A stretch of DNA of 64,000 nt. Origin: an uncultured Gemmatimonadales bacterium (GTDB lineage Bacteria > Gemmatimonadota > Gemmatimonadetes > Longimicrobiales > Gaopeijiaceae). The position numbers were made by a program, and so were the translations under genes. Under the pieces are notes generated by a model. It had not been told where the DNA came from, did no database searches, and saw only the letters and a list, made by a program, of their open reading frames with translations. Positions 9,396 through 23,133 of the stretch are shown one piece after another. Numbering within the stretch: the stretch's first letter is position 1; the number at the start of each line of letters is the position of its first letter. The stretch covers positions 1,696,001 through 1,760,000 of the forward strand of contig CAWELD010000003.1 in NCBI GenBank assembly GCA_963809895.1, read 5' to 3'.

Positions 9396-10376
9396 ATGAC
9401 CGCGTCACCCTGGCGATACGCGGCAGGGCTCACGCTGGCCCTGGGCCTGTTCGTGGCGTGCGCCCACCGAGGCGACGCCGGCCCCGGGCCGTCGCAGGAA
9501 GCGCTGGCGCCGGGCGACCACCAGTTCACGATCCCCGTGGACGGACGAGAACGCTGGTACATCCTCCACGTGCCCCCCGAGTCTCGATCCGGAGGCACGC
9601 CACTGGTGGTCGCGTTCCACGGAGGGGGTGGCAACCCGGGAGGGTTTCAGGCGTCGGCCCACCTGGACGACGTCGCCGACCGGGAGGGTTTTCTCGTCGC
9701 CTACCCCGCCGGCACGGGACCCACGCGCGACCGCCTGCTGACCTGGAACGCCGGCACACACTGCTGCGGCCGCGCCAGGGAGCTCGGGGTGGACGACGTG
9801 GCCTTCGCCCGGGCTCTCGTCCAGGACATCGGAGAGCGCACAGCCGTGGACTCCCGTCGCGTCTACGCCACGGGCCATTCCAACGGCGCCATGATGGCCT
9901 ACCGCGTGGCCGCCGAGGCCGCGGATCTGGTGGCCGCGATCGCGCCGGTGTCGGGGGCCATGCAGCTCTCGGACTTCCATCCCTCCCGTCCCGTGGCCGT
10001 GCTCCACATCCACAGCGTCGACGACCCCAGGGCGCTGTACGACGGGGGCCTCGGGCCTCCCTTCCCCCTCACAAATGTGCGAACGCTGCACGAGCCCGTG
10101 GAGGCGGGGTTGGCGGCCTGGCGCGAAGTCGACGGATGTGAGGGCGATGCGGAAGTCGTGGGGCGCCGTGCCGACGCCGGCGACCGTGCCGAGCACGTGG
10201 TGTGGGGCTACTGCCGGTCAGGCGCCCGCGTTGAGCTGTGGCGCCTCCACGGGCCGGGGCACGCCTGGCCCGGCGCCGACGTGCCGCGACTCCAGCGCCG
10301 CATCGTGGGCCCACCGACCCACGTGATTGATGCGGCCGAAGAGGTGTGGGCGTTCTTCGAGCGGGTGGGCGCGTGA
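9396..10376 (+). CDS. LpqC / PHB depolymerase-family secreted esterase (probable lipoprotein)
   Basis: Lipobox-like FVAC, HGGGG oxyanion motif, WNAG.HCCG, GHSNG nucleophile elbow, GHAWPG. Confidence 0.85.
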   Translation: MTASPWRYAAGLTLALGLFVACAHRGDAGPGPSQEALAPGDHQFTIPVDGRERWYILHVPPESRSGGTPLVVAFHGGGGNPGGFQASAHLDDVADREGFLVAYPAGTGPTRDRLLTWNAGTHCCGRARELGVDDVAFARALVQDIGERTAVDSRRVYATGHSNGAMMAYRVAAEAADLVAAIAPVSGAMQLSDFHPSRPVAVLHIHSVDDPRALYDGGLGPPFPLTNVRTLHEPVEAGLAAWREVDGCEGDAEVVGRRADAGDRAEHVVWGYCRSGARVELWRLHGPGHAWPGADVPRLQRRIVGPPTHVIDAAEEVWAFFERVGA

Positions 10377-10405
10377 CATGGGCGTGACCACGAGGCAGAG
10401 CCTCG

Positions 10406-10486
10406 GGCGTCGTCGCGGCGTCGGACTCGCTCGCTGCGACGTAGCTTCGGCTACGTCTCACTCGGCTCGCCTCGCGCTCCTACCCC
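10406..10486. repeat. 81-nt palindromic repeat, copy 1
   Basis: Near-identical to 10490-10570 and 10746-10826; central hairpin GACGTAGC-TTCG-GCTACGTC. Confidence 0.9.
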
Positions 10487-10489
10487 CTC

Positions 10490-10717
10490 GGCGTCGTCGC
10501 GGCGTCGGACTCGGCTCGCTGCGACGTAGCGCGGCTACGTCTCACTCGGCTCGCCTCGCGCTCCTACCCCGGCCCTCGATTTGACGCGCCCCCGACCGGG
10601 CCGCTGCCGGGGGGACCCGGCGGGAGTATGCAGAAACGCCCGCCCGGGCTCAAAGTCCCGGACGGGCGTTTCGGTATAAAGGCTGGCGAGGTGACGTACT
10701 CCCCCACCGGGTCCCCC
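10490..10717. repeat. ~228-bp imperfect direct duplicate of 10746-10970 (repeat copy 2, anti-5S segment, terminator hairpin, 5S 3' fragment)
   Basis: Alignment by eye; the copies differ by a few 1-2 nt indels and substitutions. Confidence 0.9.
10681..10717 (-). pseudogene. Degenerate fragment of the 5S rRNA 3' end
   Basis: ggctggcgaggtgacgtactcccccaccgggtccccc versus ggctggcgatgacgtactctcccaccgggtccccc at 10936-10970. Confidence 0.8.
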
Positions 10718-10745
10718 TTCAGGCGGGCACGTGAAATCGGCACCG

Positions 10746-10826
10746 GGCGTCGTCGCGGCGTCGGACTCGCTCGCTGCGACGTAGCGTCGGCTACGTCTCA
10801 CTCGGCTCGCCTCGCGCTCCTACCCC
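10746..10826. repeat. 81-nt palindromic repeat, copy 3
   Basis: Same unit with loop GTCG. Confidence 0.9.
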
Positions 10827-10888
10827 GGCCCTCGATTTGACGCGCCCCCGACCGGGCCGCTGCCGGGGGGACCCGGCGGGAGTATGCA

Positions 10889-10928
10889 GAAACGCCCGCC
10901 CGGGCTCAAAGTCCCGGACGGGCGTTTC
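10889..10928 (-). terminator. Hairpin just downstream of 5S, probable (possibly bidirectional) terminator; second copy at 10633-10672
   Basis: GAAACGCCCGcCCGGG...CCCGGaCGGGCGTTTC inverted repeat 7 nt after the 5S end; only short T-tracts. Confidence 0.7.
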
Positions 10929-10935
10929 GTATAAA

Positions 10936-11053
10936 GGCTGGCGATGACGTACTCTCCCACCGGGTCCCCCCGGCAGTACCATCCGCGCTGCGAGGCTTAA
11001 CGGCCGTGTTCGGGATGGGAACGGGTGTGTCCCTCGCGCCAAGATCACCAGCC
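10936..11053 (-). rRNA. rrf: 5S rRNA
   Basis: Reverse complement contains CCCGTTCCCATCCCGAACACGG..GTTAAG and GATGGTACT...GGGAGAGTA; terminal helix I pairs. Confidence 0.97.
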
Positions 11054-11258
11054 AATCGTGCGGCCGCGGATCCGTTCGTGATTCTGACGGTCAGCGGGCC
11101 GTGTAGGCTGTGGGTCAGGGGAGGTGAGGTGGTGCGGACGCCTCGTACGGGTGTCGGGCGTTGTGTTCGTTGGTCCTGCGTAGTGCTGCTGCAGCTGTTG
11201 CTGCTGCTGCGCCGTTTCCTGCTCGCGCCGATGGTCCGGCGGAGGGAGAACGGACTGC

Positions 11259-14236
<2,978 letters not shown>

Positions 14237-14477
14237 AGCAGTCCGGTTCAGGCCCGCAGACACACCCCGAAGGGCCCGCCGCACGCCTGAATCCTTCTCC
14301 CGCCAGTCCACCGAACGTCTCACTCCTGACACCACGTCGGCTTCGGGACCCTCTCCCGGACTGCGAAGACCTCGCATTGGAGACGGCCCGAGCCTAAGGC
14401 ATCACACAACACCTCACTTCCCTGACCCTGTAGTGCACACCGCAACTCCCCCCGTAGAAGGACCACCGCATGCACCG

Positions 14478-14491
14478 CTTTTCAAACAGCG
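14478..14491 (-). promoter_or_regulatory. rrn boxA antitermination element
   Basis: Minus strand CGCTGTTTGAAAAG about 35 nt after the predicted start site, preceded by a boxB-like hairpin. Confidence 0.65.
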
Positions 14492-14529
14492 TTCCGCCCC
14501 GTCACGTTTGTGTTGCGGCGGAGCAAGAT

Positions 14530-14558
14530 AAGCTAGTGGAGGGAGTAGGCCGGGTCAA
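14530..14558 (-). promoter_or_regulatory. Sigma70-type promoter of the 23S-5S unit
   Basis: TTGACC-17 nt-TAGCTT on the minus strand. Confidence 0.8.
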
Positions 14559-14567
14559 CGGCTTTCC

Positions 14568-15380
14568 TCACCCCAACGCCTCGAGCAATCCGGCCACCTC
14601 GGCGTCGGACACCGAGAAGGTACCGAGTGGCTCGTTGCGGTCGAGATCGTGCCAGTCGGATCCCCCGCTCACGAGGAGTCCAGCGCTCCGGGCCCTCTCG
14701 AGCAACCGCCGGGTCTGTGAGGGTCCGTTCCCGGGCCGGTGGACCTCCAGTCCGCCGAGACCCGCACGCACGAGCGGAGGCAGCACGGCGTCCAGCAGGT
14801 CCCCCGGCGGATGAGCCCACACCGCGACTCCACCCGAAGCCAGAATGATGTCGACGGCATCGCCGGGCCCGTGCATGGCCGTGGGCACGAAGGCCGCATG
14901 GCCGTCGCCGATGAGCCGGTCGAAGGCATCGGGGACGCTTCGCGCGAACCCCGTCTCCACCAGCACCTGCGCCAGATGTGGGCGACCGACCACCCCTCGT
15001 CCTCCCGCCACCTCCATGACCCGGTCGAGCGAGACCCGCACATCCTGCTCCGCCAACCTCCCGACCATGGCCGCCATGCGGTCCTCGCGCGCGCCGTGCG
15101 CCCTGCGGGTGTAGTCGTCGAGGGCATGGGCGGCGGGATCGAACCCGTACCCGAGGACGTGCACGTCCCGCCCCTCCCAGGTGCTGCTGAGCTCGATGCC
15201 GGGAACCAGGCCCAACCCCACCTCCCGGGCGGCGGCCGCGGCCTCTTCGAGACCGTCCACGGTATCGTGGTCGGTCACAGAGATCACGTCCAGCGAGCCC
15301 TGGTGCGCTGCCTCGATCACGCGTCGAGGCTCCCAGGCGCCATCGGAGGCGGTGGTGTGGATGTGGAGGTCCAGTCTCAT
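14568..15380 (-). CDS. PHP-family phosphoesterase, TrpH/YciV (RNase AM)-like
   Basis: DLHIHTTASDG, TDHDT, GIELS, HVLGY, GRPHLA, AHP and GGSDWH motifs. Confidence 0.9.
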   Translation of the reverse strand: MRLDLHIHTTASDGAWEPRRVIEAAHQGSLDVISVTDHDTVDGLEEAAAAAREVGLGLVPGIELSSTWEGRDVHVLGYGFDPAAHALDDYTRRAHGAREDRMAAMVGRLAEQDVRVSLDRVMEVAGGRGVVGRPHLAQVLVETGFARSVPDAFDRLIGDGHAAFVPTAMHGPGDAVDIILASGGVAVWAHPPGDLLDAVLPPLVRAGLGGLEVHRPGNGPSQTRRLLERARSAGLLVSGGSDWHDLDRNEPLGTFSVSDAEVAGLLEALG

Positions 15381-15404
15381 GGTCCGTCGACCTTCGGGTC
15401 GGGA

Positions 15405-15446
15405 GAAACAAAGGCGGGGCGCGAAGGAAGTCCTCCCCGCCCCGCC
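15405..15446 (-). terminator. Intrinsic terminator of the atp operon
   Basis: GGCGGGGCG...CGCCCCGCC stem followed by TTTGTTTCT on the minus strand, just after atpC. Confidence 0.75.
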
Positions 15447-15471
15447 CTCAACCTACCAGCCTCGCCGCGTT

Positions 15472-15816
15472 TCAGACGAGGGGGTTACCCGCGGACGCCG
15501 CGTCTTCGGTGAAGTCCTCGGGATGCAGGTGCGCGCCCTCCGGCACCACCTCCGGAGGTTCCTCGCCTGCGTATTCGGTGAGTACCGTGACCTGGTCGTC
15601 CAGCACCTTCACGACCCCCGCGGCGACGTGGAAACGGTGACTGCCACCGCCTGGAAGGTCGATGTCCAGGGTCCCTGCCCCCAGGAGCGCCATGAGCGGT
15701 GCATGGCCCGGAAGGACGCCCAACTGGCCGTCCCACGCCGGCGCCACGATGCTCGAGGCCTCTCCCTCGTAGACGATCGTCTCGGGTGAGACGACCCGCA
15801 CGTGGAGCGTGGCCAC
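15472..15816 (-). CDS. atpC: ATP synthase epsilon subunit (short, no C-terminal helical hairpin)
   Basis: LHVRVVSPE..., GQLGVLPGHAPL; GTG start just after the atpD stop. Confidence 0.9.
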   Translation of the reverse strand: MATLHVRVVSPETIVYEGEASSIVAPAWDGQLGVLPGHAPLMALLGAGTLDIDLPGGGSHRFHVAAGVVKVLDDQVTVLTEYAGEEPPEVVPEGAHLHPEDFTEDAASAGNPLV

Positions 15817-15817
15817 G

Positions 15818-17287
<1,470 letters not shown>

Positions 17288-18148
17288 TCACTCCAGTCCG
17301 GCCGCACCTCCGACGATTTCGGCGATCTCCTGGGTGATCTGGGCCTGACGGGCCCGATTGTACGTCCGGGTCAGGTGCTCCAGCACCTCGCCGGCATTGT
17401 CCGTGGCGTTCTTCATGGCGGTACGCCGCGCCCCCTGCTCTGCCGCCGCGTTCTCCACCAACGCCGTGAAGACCACGTTCCTCACGTAGGCGGGCAGCAA
17501 CCGCTCCAGGATGAACCCACCCCCGGGCGACAGGATGAAGTTCTCCGCGGAGCGCGCCGCGGCCTTGGGCTCGATGGGGAGCACCTTGCGCGCCACGGGC
17601 GGCGTGGACAGCGCCGAGCGGAACTCGGAGCTGACCAGGTAGACCGCATCGAGCGAGCCCCGCTCGAAGCGCTCGCGCAGGGGTCCGACCAGAGACTCGG
17701 CATCGTCCAGACCCGGCGTGTCGCCGATGTCGGTGCGCTTCGTCTCCATGGTCTCGCCGCGGAACCGGAAGTAGGCGATGCCCTTCTTGCCCGCCACGTG
17801 CAGCTCGGTCTCGATCCCCTCGGCACGGAGCTCGTCGAGAAGGCCACGGGCCTCCTTGATCAGATTGGCGTTGAACGCCCCCGCCAGCCCTCGATTCGCG
17901 GTCAGAAGGAGGATGGCCGCCGTGCGAACCTGTTCCGGCCGCCGCAGCAGCGGAAACTCCTCCGCCAGGCCCGGAGCGTACAGGCTCCGGACGATCTCGT
18001 CCATGGCCGCGCCGTACGGACCCGCGGCACGCACCCGGTCGGTGGCCCTCTTCAGCTTCGAGGTGGCCACCAGCTCCATGGTGCGCGTGATCTGGCGCGT
18101 GTTCTCGACGGACCGGATCCGCCGCTTGACGTCTCGTGTGTTGGCCAC
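17288..18148 (-). CDS. atpG: ATP synthase gamma subunit
   Basis: ITRTMELVA, RGLAGAFN and RQAQITQEIAEI motifs. Confidence 0.97.
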   Translation of the reverse strand: MANTRDVKRRIRSVENTRQITRTMELVATSKLKRATDRVRAAGPYGAAMDEIVRSLYAPGLAEEFPLLRRPEQVRTAAILLLTANRGLAGAFNANLIKEARGLLDELRAEGIETELHVAGKKGIAYFRFRGETMETKRTDIGDTPGLDDAESLVGPLRERFERGSLDAVYLVSSEFRSALSTPPVARKVLPIEPKAAARSAENFILSPGGGFILERLLPAYVRNVVFTALVENAAAEQGARRTAMKNATDNAGEVLEHLTRTYNRARQAQITQEIAEIVGGAAGLE

Positions 18149-18154
18149 GGTGCG

Positions 18155-19708
18155 TTACGCGTTGGAGGACTGCGCCGCGAAGGCCTCGTTCCACTCGGCG
18201 ATGGCCGCCTTGAGCGACTCCTCGAGCTCCGGGGTGAGGACCTTCTCGGTACGAATGCCTTCGAGCAGGTCCGCCCGCTGGGTCCGGAGGTGCTCGTGGA
18301 ATCCCCGCTCCCAAGCCTTGACCCGCTCCACCGGCACCTCGTCGATGAGCCCGTTGGTGACGGCATAGATGGCCGTGACCTGGCTCTCCACCGGCATGGG
18401 CTGATACTGGGGCTGCTTGAGGATCTCCACGGTACGCTCTCCACGGGCGAGCTGGCGCTGCGTGGCGGCGTCAAGGTCCGAGCCGAACTGGGCGAACGCC
18501 TCCAGCTCACGGTACTGGGCCAGGTCCAGGCGCAGGCGCCCCGCCACCTTGCGCATGGCCTTCACCTGCGCCGAGCCGCCCACACGGGACACCGAGATGC
18601 CCACGTTCACGGCCGGTCGCACACCCGAGTAGAACAGGTCCGGCTCCAGGAAGATCTGGCCGTCGGTGATGGAGATCACGTTGGTGGGGATGTACGCCGA
18701 CACGTCGCCGCCCTGGGTCTCGATCACGGGCAGCGCCGTGAGGGAGCCACCGCCCTGTTCGTCGGACAGCTTCGCCGCCCGCTCGAGCAGCCGCGAATGC
18801 AGATAGAAGACATCTCCCGGGTACGCCTCACGCCCCGGAGGCCGGCGCAGCACCAGCGAGAGCTGGCGGTACGCCTGGGCCTGCTTGGAGAGGTCGTCGT
18901 ACACGCACAGCGTCGCCTTGCCCTGCCACATGAAGTGCTCGGCCATGGCGGTGGCGGAATACGGCGCGATGTACTGCAGGGGCGCCGGGTCCGAGGCGTT
19001 GGCCGTCACCACGATCGTGTAATCCAGCGCCCCATGCTCCCGGAGCAGCTCCACCACGTTGGCGACCTTTCCGGCCCGCTGCCCGATGGCGCAGTAGACA
19101 CAGATCACCCCGGTGCCCTTCTGGTTGATGATCGTGTCGATGGCGATGGCGGTCTTGCCGGTGCCGCGGTCGCCGATGATGAGCTCGCGCTGGCCACGAC
19201 CGATGGGAATCATGGAGTCGATGGCCTTGATGCCCGTCTGCATCGGCTCCTTCACCGGCTGCCGCAGCACGATGCCCGGGGCCACGATGTCGATCTGACG
19301 GGAACCCTCCAATCCGTCGATGGGACCCTTACCGTCCAGCGGCTCACCGAGGGGATTCACCACCCGGCCCAGGTAGCCGGCACCGACGGGCACTTCGAGC
19401 ACGCGCCCCGTGCGGCGGACCTGGTCGCCCTCGTGGAGCGAGGTCCAGTCTCCCATGATCACGGCGCCGATGTTGTCCTCTTCCAGATTCAGCGCCAGCG
19501 CCGTGACGGTATCACCCGTTCCGGCCGAAGTGATCTCGAGCATTTCGCTCGCCATGGCCTTGGTGAGGCCGTAGATGCGCGCGATCCCGTCCTTCACCTC
19601 CAGGACCTCACCCACCTCTTCGGCGTGCAGCTCCTCCTCGTAATGCTCGATCTCGCTGAGGAGGACGCCCTTGATCTCGCTGGCTCGCAGCTGGGAATCG
19701 TTCGCCAT
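18155..19708 (-). CDS. atpA: ATP synthase alpha subunit
   Basis: [17 protein letters not shown] and [23 protein letters not shown] motifs. Confidence 0.98.
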   Translation of the reverse strand: MANDSQLRASEIKGVLLSEIEHYEEELHAEEVGEVLEVKDGIARIYGLTKAMASEMLEITSAGTGDTVTALALNLEEDNIGAVIMGDWTSLHEGDQVRRTGRVLEVPVGAGYLGRVVNPLGEPLDGKGPIDGLEGSRQIDIVAPGIVLRQPVKEPMQTGIKAIDSMIPIGRGQRELIIGDRGTGKTAIAIDTIINQKGTGVICVYCAIGQRAGKVANVVELLREHGALDYTIVVTANASDPAPLQYIAPYSATAMAEHFMWQGKATLCVYDDLSKQAQAYRQLSLVLRRPPGREAYPGDVFYLHSRLLERAAKLSDEQGGGSLTALPVIETQGGDVSAYIPTNVISITDGQIFLEPDLFYSGVRPAVNVGISVSRVGGSAQVKAMRKVAGRLRLDLAQYRELEAFAQFGSDLDAATQRQLARGERTVEILKQPQYQPMPVESQVTAIYAVTNGLIDEVPVERVKAWERGFHEHLRTQRADLLEGIRTEKVLTPELEESLKAAIAEWNEAFAAQSSNA

Positions 19709-19731
19709 TTCCGTCTATCCCTGAACTGTGG

Positions 19732-20298
19732 TTATTCGCCGCTGGACGCCCGAGGCAGCTCGGCCGTCAGAAGTTGACGCCGCATGCGGTCGAGCCGGCG
19801 GCGAAGAGATCCGTCGTAGATCGTGTCCCCGGCGCGCACTACCACTCCGCCCAGGATCTCGGGCTTCACTCGCACGTGGGGGATGGCGGTCTTGCCCAGG
19901 AGCGCGGACAGCCGCTGGGCGATCCGGTCCGTGGTCTCCCGGGTCATGGGGCGGGCCACGGTCACCTCCACGTGTGCCCGATTCATGTGCTCGTCCACCA
20001 GCCCGTGGTATTCGCGGGCCATCGTGCGCAGCAGGCGCTGGCGGCGCTTGTCGATGGTGATGAGCAGGAAGTGGAGCAGGGGCCGGGGGAGCGCATCTCC
20101 GAAGGCCTTGCGCAACACCTCCTTCTTGTGCGGTGCATCGATGCGCGGCGTCTCCAGGAAGAGCCGGAACCTGGGATCCTCGTCCAGGAGTCGCGCCACC
20201 GCCTCGATGCCCTCTTCGTACGCCTCGATACCCTCGTGCCGCTGGGCGAGCTCGAAGAGCGTCTCGGCATAGCTCCGGGCGACGGTCTCGTCCCTCAC
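19732..20298 (-). CDS. atpH: ATP synthase delta subunit
   Basis: VARSYAETLF and ILGGVVVRAGDTIYDGS; position in the operon. Confidence 0.95.
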   Translation of the reverse strand: MRDETVARSYAETLFELAQRHEGIEAYEEGIEAVARLLDEDPRFRLFLETPRIDAPHKKEVLRKAFGDALPRPLLHFLLITIDKRRQRLLRTMAREYHGLVDEHMNRAHVEVTVARPMTRETTDRIAQRLSALLGKTAIPHVRVKPEILGGVVVRAGDTIYDGSLRRRLDRMRRQLLTAELPRASSGE

Positions 20299-20891
20299 GC
20301 CGACGCTCCCTCCGAGGGGCTCTCGAGGTCGTCCAGATATCCCATGACGAGGTCGCGGTCACGGCTGTCGTCCAGGCGCTCGTGCATGAGCTTGGCCGCA
20401 GCGGCGAGGGCGAGTTCCACGGACTCCTTGCGAAGCTCCGCCAGGGCCCGGTCCTTCTCGCGCTCGATCTCGCTACGCGCGCGCTCCAGGATCTCGCCGG
20501 CCTCGGTGCGGGCCTTCTCCTCGATGTCCCGGCGGACGTCCTCACCGGCGGCCTTGCCCTGGGCGATGATCTCCGAGGCCTGGCGGCGCGCGTCGGCGAG
20601 CTGCGCCTTGTGCTCCTCCAGGAGTCGGGCCGCCTCGGCCCGCTGCGCCTCGGATTCGTCCAATGCGCCCTGGATGCGCTGCTCCCGGGCATCGATGGCG
20701 GCAATGATGGGCCTCCAGGCGAACCTCGCCAGCGCGAAGAACAACAGGAGGAACACCACCCAGGTCCAGATGATCAACCCGGCGTTGATGTCGAACAGGC
20801 CCGGCTGCCCCTCCTCCTGGGCCACCAGAACGGCCGGAGACGCGGCGACCAGCGCGGCCGTGGGCAGGAGTGCTCTCAGAACGTGCTTCAT
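20295..20891 (-). CDS. atpF: ATP synthase b subunit
   Basis: TM segment, FAWRPI..AIDAREQRI and a long coiled coil; signal-peptide-like N-terminal extension. Confidence 0.93.
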   Translation of the reverse strand: MKHVLRALLPTAALVAASPAVLVAQEEGQPGLFDINAGLIIWTWVVFLLLFFALARFAWRPIIAAIDAREQRIQGALDESEAQRAEAARLLEEHKAQLADARRQASEIIAQGKAAGEDVRRDIEEKARTEAGEILERARSEIEREKDRALAELRKESVELALAAAAKLMHERLDDSRDRDLVMGYLDDLESPSEGASA

Positions 20892-21053
20892 CGTCTTCCT
20901 CGTCGGTGCGCCTGCTGCAATCAGGCTACTCGTGGGGCGGTGGCCCGTGCGGGCCGGCGCCGAGCGCCGACCCGCGAACCACGGGTCCAGCTACCGCCAC
21001 CGCCGGGCACGGGGCCCGGCCGGTCCCACCGACCCCGAGGGGCCGGTCCCGGA

Positions 21054-21443
<390 letters not shown>

Positions 21444-21509
21444 TCAGGCCGCCCGCCCCCCCGTTTCATGCCTGCTGTCCGGCGTGTGAAGACCGCCTCC
21501 GGCGCGCGC

Positions 21510-22430
21510 TCAGTGCGCGTGGCGGATGAGGCCCACGAACACGGCGGTGAGCATGGCGAAGATGTAGGCCTGCAAGAAGGCCACGAACACTTCCAGGCCC
21601 ATGAGCGCCGTGCTCATGAGCACCGACGCCCCGGCGATCCCCCAGCGCGCCAACGCCAGCTCGGAGAACACGAAGATCAAGCCGAGCAACGACAGGATCA
21701 GCGTGTGGCCGGCCGTCATGTTGGCGAACAGACGGATGGACAGGGCGAAGGGCTTGGTCAACTTCCCGAGGAACTCCACGGGCGTCATGATCACGAGCAT
21801 GATCGCTTGAGCCACCGGGTTCATCCCCTCGGGGGCGTAGAAGATCGTCTTCATGTATCCCCTCGCGCCCAACGCCCGCATCCCGGAGATCTCCACCAGG
21901 ACGAAGGTGCAGATGGCCAACGCCGCGGTCACCGACACGTTTCCAGTGGCCGAGGAACCCCAGGGCACCAGGCCCAGGAGATTCATGATCAGGATGAAGA
22001 AGAAGAGCGAGAGGATGTAGGGCGTGTAGGCGTCGGCACCGTGGCCGATGTTGCGCCGCACGACCTCGTCCCGGAAGAAGAGGATCATGGCCTCGACGGC
22101 GTTGGTGAACCCCGAGGGCGCCCGATGGGCCTCCTTGCGGGTCACCACGCGCGCGACGGCGACGAAGGTCAGGAAGCAGATGACCGCCGCCAGGAGCACG
22201 AACACCACGTGCTTGGTGGGGGCCAGATCGACCACGCCCAGGGGCCCCAGATTCACGTTCCATCCGGTGGGCAGGTGGAAGGTCCGTCCGAGGAACTCGA
22301 CCTCGTGACCGTCGGCAAGGTGGTGCACGATCATGGTGCCCAGGTCCGGGGGACCGCCCTCGGCGGCATGCCCGGCGGCCTCGGAGGCACCTCCGGCGTG
22401 TTCCTGGATGAAGCGCAGCAGGCTCATCAT
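21510..22430 (-). CDS. atpB: ATP synthase a subunit
   Basis: KPFALSIRLFANMTAGH and FLQAYIF motifs. Confidence 0.96.
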   Translation of the reverse strand: MMSLLRFIQEHAGGASEAAGHAAEGGPPDLGTMIVHHLADGHEVEFLGRTFHLPTGWNVNLGPLGVVDLAPTKHVVFVLLAAVICFLTFVAVARVVTRKEAHRAPSGFTNAVEAMILFFRDEVVRRNIGHGADAYTPYILSLFFFILIMNLLGLVPWGSSATGNVSVTAALAICTFVLVEISGMRALGARGYMKTIFYAPEGMNPVAQAIMLVIMTPVEFLGKLTKPFALSIRLFANMTAGHTLILSLLGLIFVFSELALARWGIAGASVLMSTALMGLEVFVAFLQAYIFAMLTAVFVGLIRHAH

Positions 22431-22813
22431 CTAACGGGTCGCTCGCTCTCCGTGGCTGGCACCGATCTCAAGAAGAGTGGCTCCAGCAGCAACATTCCGA
22501 ACAGGTATCCTGCAAGGCCGACCAGGGTGGTGACCGGGTCGGGCCGTCCGCTCCCGAGTACGATCCAGGCCACGATCCCCACCGTCGCCAGCCGAACCAG
22601 CGTTCCGCCTATCCAGGCGGCCAGGAAGTGCGTCGTGGTCCCGCGCACCCGAACCAACCAGGTGAAGGCTGCCACCTGGAGTACGAGCGCCACCGCTCCA
22701 GCCATCACCAGTCCTTCGAACTGCGCGGACGTCAACCAGGGTCGAATCCCCAGTGAGGTCACCAGGACCAGCAATGCACAGGCCAGACCGTAGCCTCCGA
22801 CCGCCTTGCTCAT
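22427..22813 (-). CDS. AtpI-like four-TM membrane protein
   Basis: Hydrophobic ORF MSKAVGGYGLAC... with GTLVRLA, overlapping the atpB start. Confidence 0.7.
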   Translation of the reverse strand: MSKAVGGYGLACALLVLVTSLGIRPWLTSAQFEGLVMAGAVALVLQVAAFTWLVRVRGTTTHFLAAWIGGTLVRLATVGIVAWIVLGSGRPDPVTTLVGLAGYLFGMLLLEPLFLRSVPATESERPVR

Positions 22814-23073
22814 GGTCCCGACTTCTCGGAGCCGTCGCGACGCCGAGCGTCGAGCACCAAGTGACGGTAGAGGCTGTAGAACGCCGCCGCCGCACCGACG
22901 AACGCGCCCAGGACCGTGAACAGGGGCGTCGTCCCCAACCAGGCGTCGACCTTCCATCCAATCCAGAAGAAGAGACCGACGGCGAAGACGAACTGAAACC
23001 CGAGGCCGGCATACTGGCCCATGGCGCTCCACGTCGACGCAGACGCGCCCTCCTCGCGCTCTCGCTCCGTCAC
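22810..23073 (-). CDS. AtpZ/AtpI-family two-TM protein
   Basis: GLGFQFV...IGWKVDAWLGTTPLFTVLGAFVG signature; GTG start with GGAGG upstream. Confidence 0.85.
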   Translation of the reverse strand: MTEREREEGASASTWSAMGQYAGLGFQFVFAVGLFFWIGWKVDAWLGTTPLFTVLGAFVGAAAAFYSLYRHLVLDARRRDGSEKSGP

Positions 23074-23104
23074 CGGACCCTCCGTTGCGGTCCCGAGCCT
23101 GCCA

Positions 23105-23133
23105 AAGGTAGGGGCTTGTGAAATTTTCCGCAA
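23105..23133 (-). promoter_or_regulatory. atp operon promoter (TTGCGG-17-TACCTT) overlapped by a Rex-like box TTGTGAA-ATTT-TCCGCAA (23116-23133)
   Basis: Spacing counted directly; 12 of 14 positions match TTGTGAA-N4-TTCACAA. Confidence 0.6.

Noticed and set aside
10406..10826. CRISPR array interpretation of the repeats
   Set aside because: Units are 81 nt, spacing is irregular (3 nt and 175 nt), the long 'spacer' is itself a duplicate, and there are no cas genes.
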